DNA of 64,000 nt from positions 180,400 to 244,399 of the forward strand of contig SHYK01000001.1 in assembly GCA_009692845.1 (NCBI GenBank), in the 5' to 3' direction. The stretch is from Chloroflexota bacterium. GTDB taxonomy: Bacteria > Chloroflexota > UBA6077 > SHYK01. The notes under the pieces were generated by a model that saw nothing but the letters and a program-made list of their open reading frames with translations, was not told where the DNA came from and ran no database searches. The position numbers and the translations under genes were made by a program. Of the stretch, positions 10,250 to 19,548 are shown piece after piece (the stretch's first letter is position 1; every line of letters starts with the position of its first letter).

Positions 10250-10729
10250 TTAGCTCTTTCGCAGCTCCACGGCTGCTGCCTCGATCGCTTCAAAAATCTT
10301 GATGTAACCGGTGCACCGACACAGGTTCCCCTCGAGGGCGTCGGCGATCTCTTTTCGAGTTGGGCTCGGGTTCTCATTGAGAAAAGCGGTCGCCGCCAGG
10401 ATGAAGCCGGGCGAACAATAGCCGCATTGGATAGCCCCCAGCTCTACAAATGCCCGCTGGAGCGGGTGCAGCTCGTCTCCCTTGGCGAGTCCCTCGATGG
10501 TGGTTACCTGGTGGCCGTCGGTTTGCGCGGCGAGCATCAGGCATGACTTTACGGCCTGCCCATCGATGAGCACGGTGCACACGCCACAATTGCCGGTCCG
10601 GCAACCCTCCTTAGTGCCAGTCATGTCCAATTCATCACGCAGGAGCCGCTGAAGGGTCCAGTACGGCTCAACGTCGATGGTCTCGGAGCGTCCATTCAGG
10701 TTTACGGAGACTGGCATCTTCAAGGCCAT
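10250..10729 (-). CDS. (2Fe-2S)-binding small subunit of molybdenum hydroxylase (CoxS-like)
   Basis: 159 aa. Plant-type ferredoxin motif CRTGNCGVCTV plus second cluster motif QCGYCSPGF. Confidence 0.85.
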   Translation of the reverse strand: MALKMPVSVNLNGRSETIDVEPYWTLQRLLRDELDMTGTKEGCRTGNCGVCTVLIDGQAVKSCLMLAAQTDGHQVTTIEGLAKGDELHPLQRAFVELGAIQCGYCSPGFILAATAFLNENPSPTRKEIADALEGNLCRCTGYIKIFEAIEAAAVELRKS

Positions 10730-10861
10730 TTCACCTCAAGTCTTAGTCGCAGACTACTGGCTTTATGCTGCCCGATGATATTAGATGTTGTAGGGCTGTG
10801 GCGAAGTGGGCGCCTGCGTTTTCAGATCGGTCGTCTATATGTTTTCGGAGTGATTGCCAGA

Positions 10862-11719
10862 ATGAGGATCGTTTCTGTGGGCGTCCCGGCCCGCAACGAG
10901 CAGCCGGTCATCGGCCAAACGCTCAATGATCTCCTGGACCAGCGCCTGCCGTCTGGCGTCGAGCTGGAAGTCATCGTTTGTGCTAACTGCTGTACTGACC
11001 AGACTGCCCAGGTGGTGGCCTCGTTGGCCAAAGTTGATTCGCGAGTCAGATTGCTGGAGACAGCGATCCCCGGCAAGTCGAACGCGCTAAACCTGATCAA
11101 GCTGGAGGCCACCGGTGCGGAGCTCTTCTTCTGCGATGCCGACGTGCGTCCTGAGCCCTCTGCGGTAACCAAGCTCCTTCAGGTTCTCGATGCACGCCCA
11201 GACCTGGCAGCGGTGGGAGTTAAGACGCTGCCGCTGGAGCGTCCGAATCGGAACTGGGTAGAGGCAGTCGCGGGGACGTGGCGCAAGACCCATGACGCTC
11301 GCAATCTGATCGGGGCCTTTTTCGCGATTCGCAAAGCGCGTTTGCCTGAATTTCCATTGGATGTGATCAACGAAGACACCTGGCTGTCCTACACCCTGGG
11401 GAGGGACAACTACGTGCTCATTCCGGGCGTGGAGGTGCGGCAAACAATGGCGCGGACCCTGGGCACGTTTCTAGGCCAGGTGACCCGCTGGGATGCCGGC
11501 CGCATGCAACTCTACCAATGGGGGGTGGCAGAGCTTCCGAATCCGCTGATGCGGTTTCGAGCCCGCTTTGCCTACTTCGGCGAGCTCAGCTGGCGCGAGC
11601 GGCTGGTGCTTCCCCTATTGCTGCCGATCGCGCTCTGGGCGCGCCTCGCATCCGCCCAGGCGCACCGCAGTCACGCCTTCGAGCATGGCTGGGAGCCAAA
11701 GAATCGGTCCGCGGCCTAG
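10862..11719 (+). CDS. glycosyltransferase family 2
   Basis: MRIVSVGVPARNEQPVIGQTLNDL; DxD-like CDADV. Likely ATG at 10862 rather than tool start 10775. Confidence 0.6.
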   Translation: MRIVSVGVPARNEQPVIGQTLNDLLDQRLPSGVELEVIVCANCCTDQTAQVVASLAKVDSRVRLLETAIPGKSNALNLIKLEATGAELFFCDADVRPEPSAVTKLLQVLDARPDLAAVGVKTLPLERPNRNWVEAVAGTWRKTHDARNLIGAFFAIRKARLPEFPLDVINEDTWLSYTLGRDNYVLIPGVEVRQTMARTLGTFLGQVTRWDAGRMQLYQWGVAELPNPLMRFRARFAYFGELSWRERLVLPLLLPIALWARLASAQAHRSHAFEHGWEPKNRSAA

Positions 11720-11905
11720 CGCCTTACTTGGCGCCGGGGTCGGTACGAGCATTTTCTTGCGTTCCACTACAATATTCGTCCGATGCGAGGCGGGCCTGCA
11801 AATGGTCTCGCCACGGCGTCGAAATGCCGGTTCCGGCGTAACTGTTGTAGCGAGGCCGGGAAGCGGAATCGCACCTCCTAAATCTGAGTAAGAGGATCCA
11901 CTGAC

Positions 11906-12955
11906 GTGGCATTAACGGCCCCTAAGCTTCGGGTTGGCATCAATGGGTGCGGCCGGATCGGCCGGGCGATCACCCGGATCAACCTCGAAAAGGACGCCTT
12001 CGACCTCGTGGCGATCAACGACGTCAATCCGGACATCGAGAATGTCGCCTATCTCCTTAAGTACGACTCGACTTACGGACGGCTGCGCCACTCGGTCGCG
12101 GTCGCCGATCACCACTTACTCTTCGATGGAATCAAGAAGACCGCCGTCTATTCCGAAAAAAGCGTGGCATTGGTTCCCTGGCAAGAGCACGGCGTGGATG
12201 TCGTAATCGACGCGTCGGGGAATGATCTGAACCTGTTTGCGCTCCCGGAGCTGGACCGAACTTCGCTCCGCCACTGCATCGTCACCAACTCGCCGGACCA
12301 AATTTACCTGGACAAGTCGGTCATTGTCGGCGTGAACGAACAGACCCTCACGCCGAGCGATTTCGTGGTGTCAGCCAGCATCTGTGACGCCACCGCTTTC
12401 GTATCGGTCATCCACCTGCTGGACCGGGCGTTCGGGATCGAATATGGCTCCCTCACGACCTTGCATCCCTGGCTCAGCTACCAAAGGCTTCTCGATGGTC
12501 AGGCGGACGGCATCTACGATCCTCCTGAATACGGGCTAGGTCGAGCCAGCACAACCTCGCTGATCCCGAAGCCGACTACGGCAGTGCGCGCGGCAGCCAA
12601 GATCATTCCGGGAATCGACGATAAGTTCATTAGCATGTCGTACCGGGTGCCGACGATGATCGTGTCGGCAGCGGACATTGTCGTGAAGCTGGCCCGTCAA
12701 GTGACTAAAGCCGAGGTGGTCGAATTGTTCCGAGATGCCGAACTGCGTCAGCGGTATCCGATCATCCAGAACAATTTCGAGCCGCTCGTTTCGGCGGATT
12801 TCACCGGGTCAGAATACTCGGCCATCGTGGACCAACGTTGGACCGAGGTGCAGGGCACGGGGCAATTGAAGCTGGTGCTGTGGTACGACAACGAGTGGGG
12901 TTACAGCAGCAGGGTGGTCGACCTGGTGACGCACCTTGCCTCCCTGTATGACTGA
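11906..12955 (+). CDS. glyceraldehyde-3-phosphate dehydrogenase family protein (divergent)
   Basis: Rossmann motif GINGCGRIGRAITRI. Catalytic region has SICDAT in place of canonical SCTTNC; ends ...WYDNEWGYSSRVVDL. Confidence 0.6.
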   Translation: MALTAPKLRVGINGCGRIGRAITRINLEKDAFDLVAINDVNPDIENVAYLLKYDSTYGRLRHSVAVADHHLLFDGIKKTAVYSEKSVALVPWQEHGVDVVIDASGNDLNLFALPELDRTSLRHCIVTNSPDQIYLDKSVIVGVNEQTLTPSDFVVSASICDATAFVSVIHLLDRAFGIEYGSLTTLHPWLSYQRLLDGQADGIYDPPEYGLGRASTTSLIPKPTTAVRAAAKIIPGIDDKFISMSYRVPTMIVSAADIVVKLARQVTKAEVVELFRDAELRQRYPIIQNNFEPLVSADFTGSEYSAIVDQRWTEVQGTGQLKLVLWYDNEWGYSSRVVDLVTHLASLYD

Positions 12956-12973
12956 CCCGGCCAGCGGGCACAC

Positions 12974-13570
12974 GTGTCCCTCTCCGCCTTCAACGCCGCC
13001 TGGGGCGATAGTCCTGATCTAGCGCCGCTGTTCGTCGTCGTTGGCGGTGCGGCCGGCACTGGCAAATCCACCGTGGCCGGCGAGCTGAGCGCGCAGATTC
13101 CTGGCCTTACCGTGGTGTCCACGGCGCTGATCCGCACGGTGCTTCGGGCGACCCGGTCGAATGGACTCTGGTTGGACGCACACACCTACGACTTGCCGTC
13201 CGTGGAGGCTTTCGTCGAACAGTCGCGGCCCATCATGGCCGCGATCAATGAGCTGGCCCGGTTCGCCCGTTCGGAGCGCCAGCTTTTCGCCGTGGAGGGA
13301 AGCAGTCTGGTGCCCGGGCTATTCAGCGAACCTGTAGGCGTGACTGCCATTGAGCTCTATCTGGCAGTCAGCGACCCCGACCAGCATCGGATGATGCTGG
13401 GGGGTCCTACCCACGCCAGGAAGCTCAGTGAGCGTCAGTTTGGCCGGTGTCGAGTGCTTCAGGACTTCATCATTGCAGAAGCCGCCCAGCAGTCCCGCAT
13501 CGTGGTGGAATTCGACGCCGGCCTGGATGTCGCCCTGGCGCTTGTCGAAGACCGGCTGCGAACGACCTGA
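12974..13570 (+). CDS. P-loop NTPase/kinase (AAA_33-like)
   Basis: Walker A VVVGGAAGTGKSTVAGEL. 198 aa, small kinase-like fold. Confidence 0.5.
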   Translation: MSLSAFNAAWGDSPDLAPLFVVVGGAAGTGKSTVAGELSAQIPGLTVVSTALIRTVLRATRSNGLWLDAHTYDLPSVEAFVEQSRPIMAAINELARFARSERQLFAVEGSSLVPGLFSEPVGVTAIELYLAVSDPDQHRMMLGGPTHARKLSERQFGRCRVLQDFIIAEAAQQSRIVVEFDAGLDVALALVEDRLRTT

Positions 13571-13581
13571 GGTCGTAAACC

Positions 13582-14574
13582 TCAAACGTAAAGTGCCGCG
13601 AGCTCGGCCCGGTACAATGCATCTTCGATATTACGGAAGCTCCGGGGGCCGGGTCCACCTGGGCCTTGCCGCGCGGCCAGGAGAGCAGCTGCAATGTGGT
13701 CCGGGCCGTCGAACACCTGGGCGTGGTGATGCATCCCGGTCATGGTGCGGGCCACCTCGCGGGATAGGACCAGCGCCTTGCCATGCTGCTCGGCCCGCTG
13801 AAGCGCCGCCGAAGTGTAGCAGCGTCGGTAAGGGAGCACGATCGCATCTGCTGCCGAGAGATATAGGTCCAGGTCCGATTCTGAGCATTCGCCAGTGCGC
13901 AGGACGACCTCGTCCTGGGCAACCCGGACCGGGTCGTCGGCACCCTGACCGAACTCACCGACCACGTAAAGCGCAGCGTCCAGGGCCTTCGGGTCGAATG
14001 CACTGAGCAGGAGATCCAGGCCCTTGTAGCGTTTGATGTGCCCAAAGAACAGGAAGATGAAGCGGTCCTCGTTGAGACGAGCTTTGGCTGCGGCTTGTGG
14101 GGTCAGCTCGACTTCATAGTCGGGCAGACCAATCAGGTGGACGTTGTTCCGGGCGGGGAAAAGGCGCCGGTATTCGGCCTGGGCGTAGGCGGTGTGGACC
14201 ACGACTCGGTCAGCCAGGCGGGCCAGCAAGGTTCCGATCGCTCGATGTTTCGCTACGTTCTCGCCGTCGTGGGGCAAGACTTCGTGGACCGTCCAGACGA
14301 TCCGCTTCCCCAGGGCTCTTACCGTGAAAAGTGCCCGACAGAATGCGACGAACGGGAGTTGGGCGTACAGCCACTGGACGTGAAGGACGTCAAAGTCGTC
14401 ACGATGCGCCCTCAACCATTGCGGATTACAGATCGTCCGCTGATATTCCGCCAATCGGTGAGGGATCGGTAGCACCGGCTCCACGCCCGCCGCCTCGTAC
14501 CAGATCCGCAGATAGGTGTTGGTTCCATGAATGTCGGGCAAGGACAGGACGCGGATAGGGCGCTCGGTTTTCAT
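13582..14574 (-). CDS. glycosyltransferase family 4 (GT-B, group 1)
   Basis: 330 aa. C-terminal GT1 pattern (ADAIVLPYRRCYTSAALQRAEQHGKALV). Confidence 0.65.
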   Translation of the reverse strand: MKTERPIRVLSLPDIHGTNTYLRIWYEAAGVEPVLPIPHRLAEYQRTICNPQWLRAHRDDFDVLHVQWLYAQLPFVAFCRALFTVRALGKRIVWTVHEVLPHDGENVAKHRAIGTLLARLADRVVVHTAYAQAEYRRLFPARNNVHLIGLPDYEVELTPQAAAKARLNEDRFIFLFFGHIKRYKGLDLLLSAFDPKALDAALYVVGEFGQGADDPVRVAQDEVVLRTGECSESDLDLYLSAADAIVLPYRRCYTSAALQRAEQHGKALVLSREVARTMTGMHHHAQVFDGPDHIAAALLAARQGPGGPGPRSFRNIEDALYRAELAALYV

Positions 14575-15767
14575 AGCCGGCGGTTCTTGCGGGCCAGAGC
14601 GTCAGCCCAGGCGCTTTCTTGAATCTCGGCAATTTCTCGCCAATCGTAAGAGTTCTCGACCAGCTTTCGGCCCGCCTCGCCCAGCGAGATGCGCAAAGAC
14701 TCGTCGTCGAGCAGGCGGACCACCGCAGCCGCGAACGCTTTCGGAGTATCCGCTATGAGGAGGTGGACCTGGTCTTCAACGGCGAGGCCTTCACAGCCAA
14801 TCGTGGTACTGACGACCGCCTTTTTCATCGAGAGAGCCTCGAGAATTTTCAAACGGGTGCCGCTCCCGGCCCGCAACGGAACGACCACGACCTTGGCGCC
14901 GAGCAGGTAGGGTCGGGTGTCGGGCACGTCTCCGGCGATCTGGACGTTTGAATCACGACCGAGGGCGAGCAGGCTCGCCGATGGGTTCTTGCCCGCTGCG
15001 ATGAAGACCGCGTCGGGATAGGCGACTCGCACCCCGGGGAAAATCTCGGACGCAAAGAATTGGACCGCATCGATGTTGGGCGCGTAAAAGAGCGATCCGG
15101 TGAATGCGACGCTTGAAATGCGCCCGTGCCCGTCGGACAAGGCGTGGCCATTGATGACGGCGGTGGTGTCGAAGTAACGCGAGTCAACTCCGTTGGGGAC
15201 CACGCTGATGCTCGCCGCTGGAGCTGCACTGTTGAGCAGAGCTCGGTCGGATTCGGAGGTGGTGAGGCAAAGATCAAATGACTGGGCGAGGGCGCTCTCG
15301 TAGCGGAGCAGCCGACCGCTGTCCGGATCCGCCGAGCCAGGCTGATTCATCTGGTGCTGGCGCTCGGCCAGAACCCAATGCAGATTGTGGAAGGTGAGCA
15401 CTCGGACGGCATCGGTTTGGAGGTGCATGAGCCAACCGCCCGCCCATGAATGCTCGATCTGCACCAGATCGTAGCCATTCTGTTTGAGGAGATCCTGGGT
15501 GGCGGCTGCCACCCAGGGGGTCAGCCAGAGCCTGCGCCAGTAGAACGGATCCCCCACGGGTCGGGCTCGAGCAGTTTTGGCCGGTGGCGGGCTGGGCCAA
15601 GTTCGGAGGGGCGCCAGGCCAGTAGACGTATGGGAGCTGAGCTCCCGATTGATCGCTTCAGCGGCTTCCGTCTCCGGCAGAATCTCCAGGTGCGAGCAGA
15701 TCGATCGCAAGTCCTGGAGGCCGGCTCGAAGTCCTGGCAGGGTTGAGCGGCGGGCAACCAGCATCAA
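14571..15767 (-). CDS. glycosyltransferase family 4 (GT-B, group 1)
   Basis: 398 aa. ...AVVSTTIGCEGLAVEDQVHLLIADTPKAFAAAVVRLLDDESLR, classic GT1 C-terminal domain. 4-nt overlap with the downstream GT4. Confidence 0.7.
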   Translation of the reverse strand: MMLVARRSTLPGLRAGLQDLRSICSHLEILPETEAAEAINRELSSHTSTGLAPLRTWPSPPPAKTARARPVGDPFYWRRLWLTPWVAAATQDLLKQNGYDLVQIEHSWAGGWLMHLQTDAVRVLTFHNLHWVLAERQHQMNQPGSADPDSGRLLRYESALAQSFDLCLTTSESDRALLNSAAPAASISVVPNGVDSRYFDTTAVINGHALSDGHGRISSVAFTGSLFYAPNIDAVQFFASEIFPGVRVAYPDAVFIAAGKNPSASLLALGRDSNVQIAGDVPDTRPYLLGAKVVVVPLRAGSGTRLKILEALSMKKAVVSTTIGCEGLAVEDQVHLLIADTPKAFAAAVVRLLDDESLRISLGEAGRKLVENSYDWREIAEIQESAWADALARKNRRL

Positions 15768-15888
15768 GTCGATCTCATGCCGCTGGCTGAGCTCGCGCAG
15801 CAGACAGTATTCACGAGTGGCGCCGCCGGTGCCCGGGAAAGCGGGCAGCTCGTCGGTGATCAGGAGGACGCGCGTCGAAGTTCCAAGA

Positions 15889-16452
15889 TCATTCGGCGGG
15901 GGTTGCCGGGCCGGTCGGTTGCCTCTGGCTCGCGGCCGCCGATCTGTCGAACACGTTCAAAAATTGTTTGACCTCGGAACTCGTCTGGAGGCGAAAGACC
16001 TTGCGACCGACGGCATATTCCTGAATTCGGGCCCAGATCCGGGGGAGCCGAGCGCTCGGATACGTCCAAATGGCCCAAAGGTAGGGCCAATCGAGGCGCT
16101 CCGGGCAACCGCTCGGCATGTCGGGTCGCGACTTGCCTCGATAGGCGATCCAGCGGCGGAGTGCCCGCCAGAGACAAATAACTTGGGGCAGGTCGAGCAG
16201 CACGATGGTGTCGGCGGCTCGGAGGCGCACGTGCATGGCCGTTCCGCCCGAGTCGCCATCGATGATCCATTCGTGGCTCTTGATCAGATGCTCCACGATC
16301 GGAGCTTCCTCCTCGCGGCTAACCATCACCCAGCCGGGCTTCCAAAGGTAGCGGTCGAGGTGAAACACCGGTATGCCCAGACGCTCGCCGATCTGCTCGG
16401 CCAGCATCGACTTCCCGGAGCCGGGGGAGCCAAAGATGACGATCCTTTCCAT
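15889..16452 (-). CDS. AAA/adenylate-kinase-like P-loop protein (topology-modulation-protein-like)
   Basis: MERIVIFGSPGSGKSMLAEQIGERLGIPVFHLD. 187 aa. Confidence 0.55.
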   Translation of the reverse strand: MERIVIFGSPGSGKSMLAEQIGERLGIPVFHLDRYLWKPGWVMVSREEEAPIVEHLIKSHEWIIDGDSGGTAMHVRLRAADTIVLLDLPQVICLWRALRRWIAYRGKSRPDMPSGCPERLDWPYLWAIWTYPSARLPRIWARIQEYAVGRKVFRLQTSSEVKQFLNVFDRSAAASQRQPTGPATPAE

Positions 16453-16687
16453 CAGCCGGGCTTCTCTCTCTGTGCTAAGGCTCTCTCAACTAGGCGAACG
16501 TTCGACGGCAATCATAAGGGGACGGCGGTCGGTTCGGAGGGAGACTGGGATCACCCATCCAAACAGGTAGGGATGACTGCCCATCCGCGGGGGGACCGGC
16601 TCGGGGCGTGCTCCTATCCTGCAGTTGGGCGGGGGAAATGCGGTCCGAGTCTTGGTCCAAGGTCTTAAATTTTAAGCGGAGGATGCT

Positions 16688-16978
16688 TTGATGACTTCGA
16701 CCCCGAGGCGGCTTTTTGTGACTTTTGCCATGTTACTTGCCACCGTGGTCGTTGGCCTGGTTGTGTTGCCGGGACTTACCGGCGATGGGCCGATGTCCAG
16801 GCTGGTGGCAAACATCTGGCTGGCCTGGATGTTCGCCCTGTGGGGTGCGCTGGTGGCGGTGATCGTCTTCCTGATTGCCTGGCTGGCCGAACCCATGCCC
16901 CAGGCTAGCGGAGCGGTTGGCGCAGCGCACATCGCCGAGCGGGGATCCGATCGAGATCAGGCCTCGAGGGCTGCGTAG
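16688..16978 (+). CDS. small hypothetical membrane protein (2 TM)
   Basis: 96 aa with two hydrophobic helices. A stem-loop follows at 16983-17002. Confidence 0.3.
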   Translation: MMTSTPRRLFVTFAMLLATVVVGLVVLPGLTGDGPMSRLVANIWLAWMFALWGALVAVIVFLIAWLAEPMPQASGAVGAAHIAERGSDRDQASRAA

Positions 16979-17092
16979 CCGAGGGCGAAGATCCGTTCGC
17001 CCTGTCCGCCCGGCCCCGATCCCATCGGGGGTATTCGGAGAGGCACTCGAAGGGCCGATGTGGTTTGAGGGCCTCGCCATGAAGGGGACTAA

Positions 17093-17593
17093 CTAGGCGG
17101 GGTGCTCGCGCAGGTAGAGGGTGAAATCGAGATCGCCCGGCGAATGACCGAGCTGGGTGATCGCGAGGGCTATCTCTGCCCGGTGCTGGGTACCGTGAAC
17201 GATGAGCTGGGTCATCAACGCCCACAACGGCGTGACTGATTCCTGTCCGGTTCGGGCGGAAACTTGGTGGATTTCGCGGTTGACCTCGGCGTCGGTGAGA
17301 CGAGCGAGGTAGTCCTTCATCTGGGTCTGCTGGATGTCCCAGCGCTCTTGAAGGGCCGCGGTGGTGGGGACGGTTTCCTCATTGATGCGGCCCTCTAAGG
17401 AGCGGCCTTCCCAGCGGGCCAGGTAGCCGGCTTCGGCGCTCAGGGCATGGACGAAGGTCGCCCGGATGTTCCCATAGTCGAGCGCCCGAGGCGCGACATA
17501 CTCTTCCTGAGTCAATTGGGCGACCTGGGCCAGGATCCGGTCGCGGACCCAGTAGTGATAACCAAAGAGCGTTCGGAAATAGTCGGCGTTCAT
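17093..17593 (-). CDS. DinB/YfiT-like (DinB_2) metal-dependent protein
   Basis: 166 aa. MNADYFRTLFGYHYWVRDRILAQV...HALSAEAGYL, DinB-family helical-bundle pattern with conserved His. Confidence 0.55.
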   Translation of the reverse strand: MNADYFRTLFGYHYWVRDRILAQVAQLTQEEYVAPRALDYGNIRATFVHALSAEAGYLARWEGRSLEGRINEETVPTTAALQERWDIQQTQMKDYLARLTDAEVNREIHQVSARTGQESVTPLWALMTQLIVHGTQHRAEIALAITQLGHSPGDLDFTLYLREHPA

Positions 17594-17613
17594 TGCGGGA
17601 TCCTCCTATTAGG

Positions 17614-19170
17614 CTAGCTCGCGGGCGAGGTCAGAATGGCGCCGTTCGACTCCACGAAGCGGACGTAAGGAATTTCCTGGTCGATGGTCAGCTGGGCGGT
17701 GCCAATGGTGATGATGGCGGGCGCAAAAATGCGGTCCAGGATGCGCATTGATGGTCGGGACCCCGAGCGTCTCGCGCCCCGATCCTCGGATGGCGGGTGA
17801 GAGACCGGGTCCCCGCCGTCGGTTCTGGGCTCAATGGTCAGCTTGGTCAGGACGCCCCGGGCTGAGCCCACCGTCTTGGCGGTGATCTCGTGCCCGGCCT
17901 GAATGCTTCCTCCGCGGCCCGCTTGACCGGTGACGGTTACCGAATCGCCCGCGGTGACATGGGAGCCGGAAGCCTCTCCGGAAATGAGAATACTGCCGTC
18001 GCAGGTTACGGTGGCGTCTTCGAGCAAACCTACTTCGATCCGGGTCTTCGAATGGATTTCGCCGGTCCCGCGTCCGACCATGCCGCGAAGGAGCATGATG
18101 ACGCCATCGGCATCGAGTCGGGCCGCGATCGCGGGGCCTTTCACGGGCAGGTCGCCGGTGGCGCGAATGCTGGAGCCGTCGGTCAACTCGCCTTCGACGA
18201 CGACATTGCCGGCAAAGTCGACATTGGTAGGGGCATGATCTGCCGACTTCGGGATCTTCAGTAATGGCAAGACGCTGATCTTGCCGTCACTGGTCCGGAC
18301 CAGACTGCCCGATATCGTGGCGGCCAGCTGGAGGCCGTCCGCGCTAATCGCGACATTGGTCCCGACGTAACGGGTGAGATCGAGGTCCTTACCGAAAGTG
18401 GTCGGGATCGAGGCTCCCTTGACGGTCATTCCCTCCGAGCCCCGTTTGGCCGGTTGAAGGATGAGGAGGGGATCGCCCGCCTCGATGGCCTCGTCGAAGT
18501 GGCAGGCGGAGAAATCGGGGCTGCCATCCGGCAGGATAGTGGGCGAAGCCGGCGACGGGGTGGTGAGGATCGCGGCATCTTCCCCAATATCGGGGGGAGT
18601 ACCTTGGGCGACCAGAATGGCTCGAGCGAGCTGCCACCGGGTCAGCGCGATGCGGACTGGCTCGACGTCGATCCCGTGGACCACGCCCGCCTGTTGCAGA
18701 GTGGCAAGCGCGTCGGCCAGGGGATCTGCCGCCCCCGTCGGCTCCACGCCAAGAACGAGGTAGGCGGCCATCTCGTTGTGGGAGATGAGGGCGGAGAACG
18801 GAGTGTTCTTGGGCGCTTCATAGGAGCCGATGGGCTGCGGCTTCCCAGCGGCCTTTTCGATGATTGGGAAGATCCGATCGTGGTCGAATGAGGTGAGCGG
18901 CCAACTCCGCCACGCTTTGAGAACTTCCTCGGGCATGACCGGTTTGCCGGACCCATCCGGCGGGTAGACGGTCAGCCAGACGCTGCCCAACGAATAATCG
19001 ACCTCCCAATGGCCGTCCAGGGCCGGGGGACGCTTGGCGACCGTGAAGCGGGTTTTCTTGGGCTGCCAGGGCAGCCGGGAGGGCACCTGCTCGCTCGCCA
19101 GGATTTGCAGCTGGGAGGAGTCGGCTCCGATGATGGCGGCTGCCTGAGCGAGCGCTTCGTCGGCGGTCAA
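17614..19170 (-). CDS. FapA/DUF342-like protein (Gly-rich beta-helical C-terminal region)
   Basis: 518 aa. C-terminal half has repetitive G-x-V/I-x-G segments (VDFAGNVVVEGELTDGSSIRATGDL...ISGEASGSHVTAGDSVTVTGQAG) typical of DUF342. Confidence 0.4.
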   Translation of the reverse strand: MTADEALAQAAAIIGADSSQLQILASEQVPSRLPWQPKKTRFTVAKRPPALDGHWEVDYSLGSVWLTVYPPDGSGKPVMPEEVLKAWRSWPLTSFDHDRIFPIIEKAAGKPQPIGSYEAPKNTPFSALISHNEMAAYLVLGVEPTGAADPLADALATLQQAGVVHGIDVEPVRIALTRWQLARAILVAQGTPPDIGEDAAILTTPSPASPTILPDGSPDFSACHFDEAIEAGDPLLILQPAKRGSEGMTVKGASIPTTFGKDLDLTRYVGTNVAISADGLQLAATISGSLVRTSDGKISVLPLLKIPKSADHAPTNVDFAGNVVVEGELTDGSSIRATGDLPVKGPAIAARLDADGVIMLLRGMVGRGTGEIHSKTRIEVGLLEDATVTCDGSILISGEASGSHVTAGDSVTVTGQAGRGGSIQAGHEITAKTVGSARGVLTKLTIEPRTDGGDPVSHPPSEDRGARRSGSRPSMRILDRIFAPAIITIGTAQLTIDQEIPYVRFVESNGAILTSPAS

Positions 19171-19360
19171 GGCAATGATCTCGGTGGTGTCTTCGGGGTG
19201 GATGGCCAGGGCTCACTCCCAACTGGAGTTTTCCGAAGCGGATCGAGAGGTGGCGGGTTGTTGACGATGTGCAGGGATGGCCCAGCGTACCAACTTGCCA
19301 GTAACGATGCAACCAAGCGGGCAGCGCTGGCCGGAGCGGGCGCACTGGACCCAAATAAAC

Positions 19361-19399
19361 GGGGAGCCCGTCTCCTAGCTAGCAGGAGGTGGGCTCCCC
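19361..19399 (-). terminator. rho-independent terminator downstream of tRNA-Pro
   Basis: On the minus strand: hairpin GGGGAGCCCACCTCC...GGAGACGGGCTCCCC followed by GTTTATTTGGG. Confidence 0.5.
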
Positions 19400-19403
19400 T
19401 AGG

Positions 19404-19477
19404 TCGGGCCGGCGTGATTCGAACACGCGACCACCTGAACCCCATTCAGGTGCGCTACCAGACTGCGCTACGGCCCG
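19404..19477 (-). tRNA. tRNA-Pro (anticodon GGG)
   Basis: Reverse complement folds as acceptor CGGGCCG/CGGCCCG, D-arm GCGC-AGTCTGGTA-GCGC, anticodon stem CCTGA/TCAGG, loop AUGGGGU (GGG, G37), T-arm GCGTG-TTCGAAT-CACGC, discriminator A. Confidence 0.8.
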
Positions 19478-19548
19478 ATGTTCGGTGCGAGGGTTGGAAC
19501 ACACCGAACGGCGAATTATAGGGGGGAATTGGGGGAGGTGAGTCGAGG

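Noticed and set aside
10790-10840. tRNA-like words (GGGCTGTGGCGAAGTGGGCGCC) in the coxS/GT2 divergent intergenic region
   Set aside because: A D-arm-like segment is present, but no anticodon or T-arm complementarity follows. It also overlaps the likely GT2 5' region.
15577-16668. 363-aa ORF on + strand
   Set aside because: Antisense to the AAA/adenylate-kinase-like gene and the GT4 gene. Composition is Arg/Gly/Pro-rich, typical of spurious high-GC antisense frames, with no recognisable motif.
19404-19477. tRNA-Pro as an attachment site of an intact integrated element
   Set aside because: No integrase, excisionase or tRNA 3'-end direct repeat was recognisable within several kb on the tRNA 3' side. 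Only the terminase-like remnant on the 5' side hints at past phage DNA.
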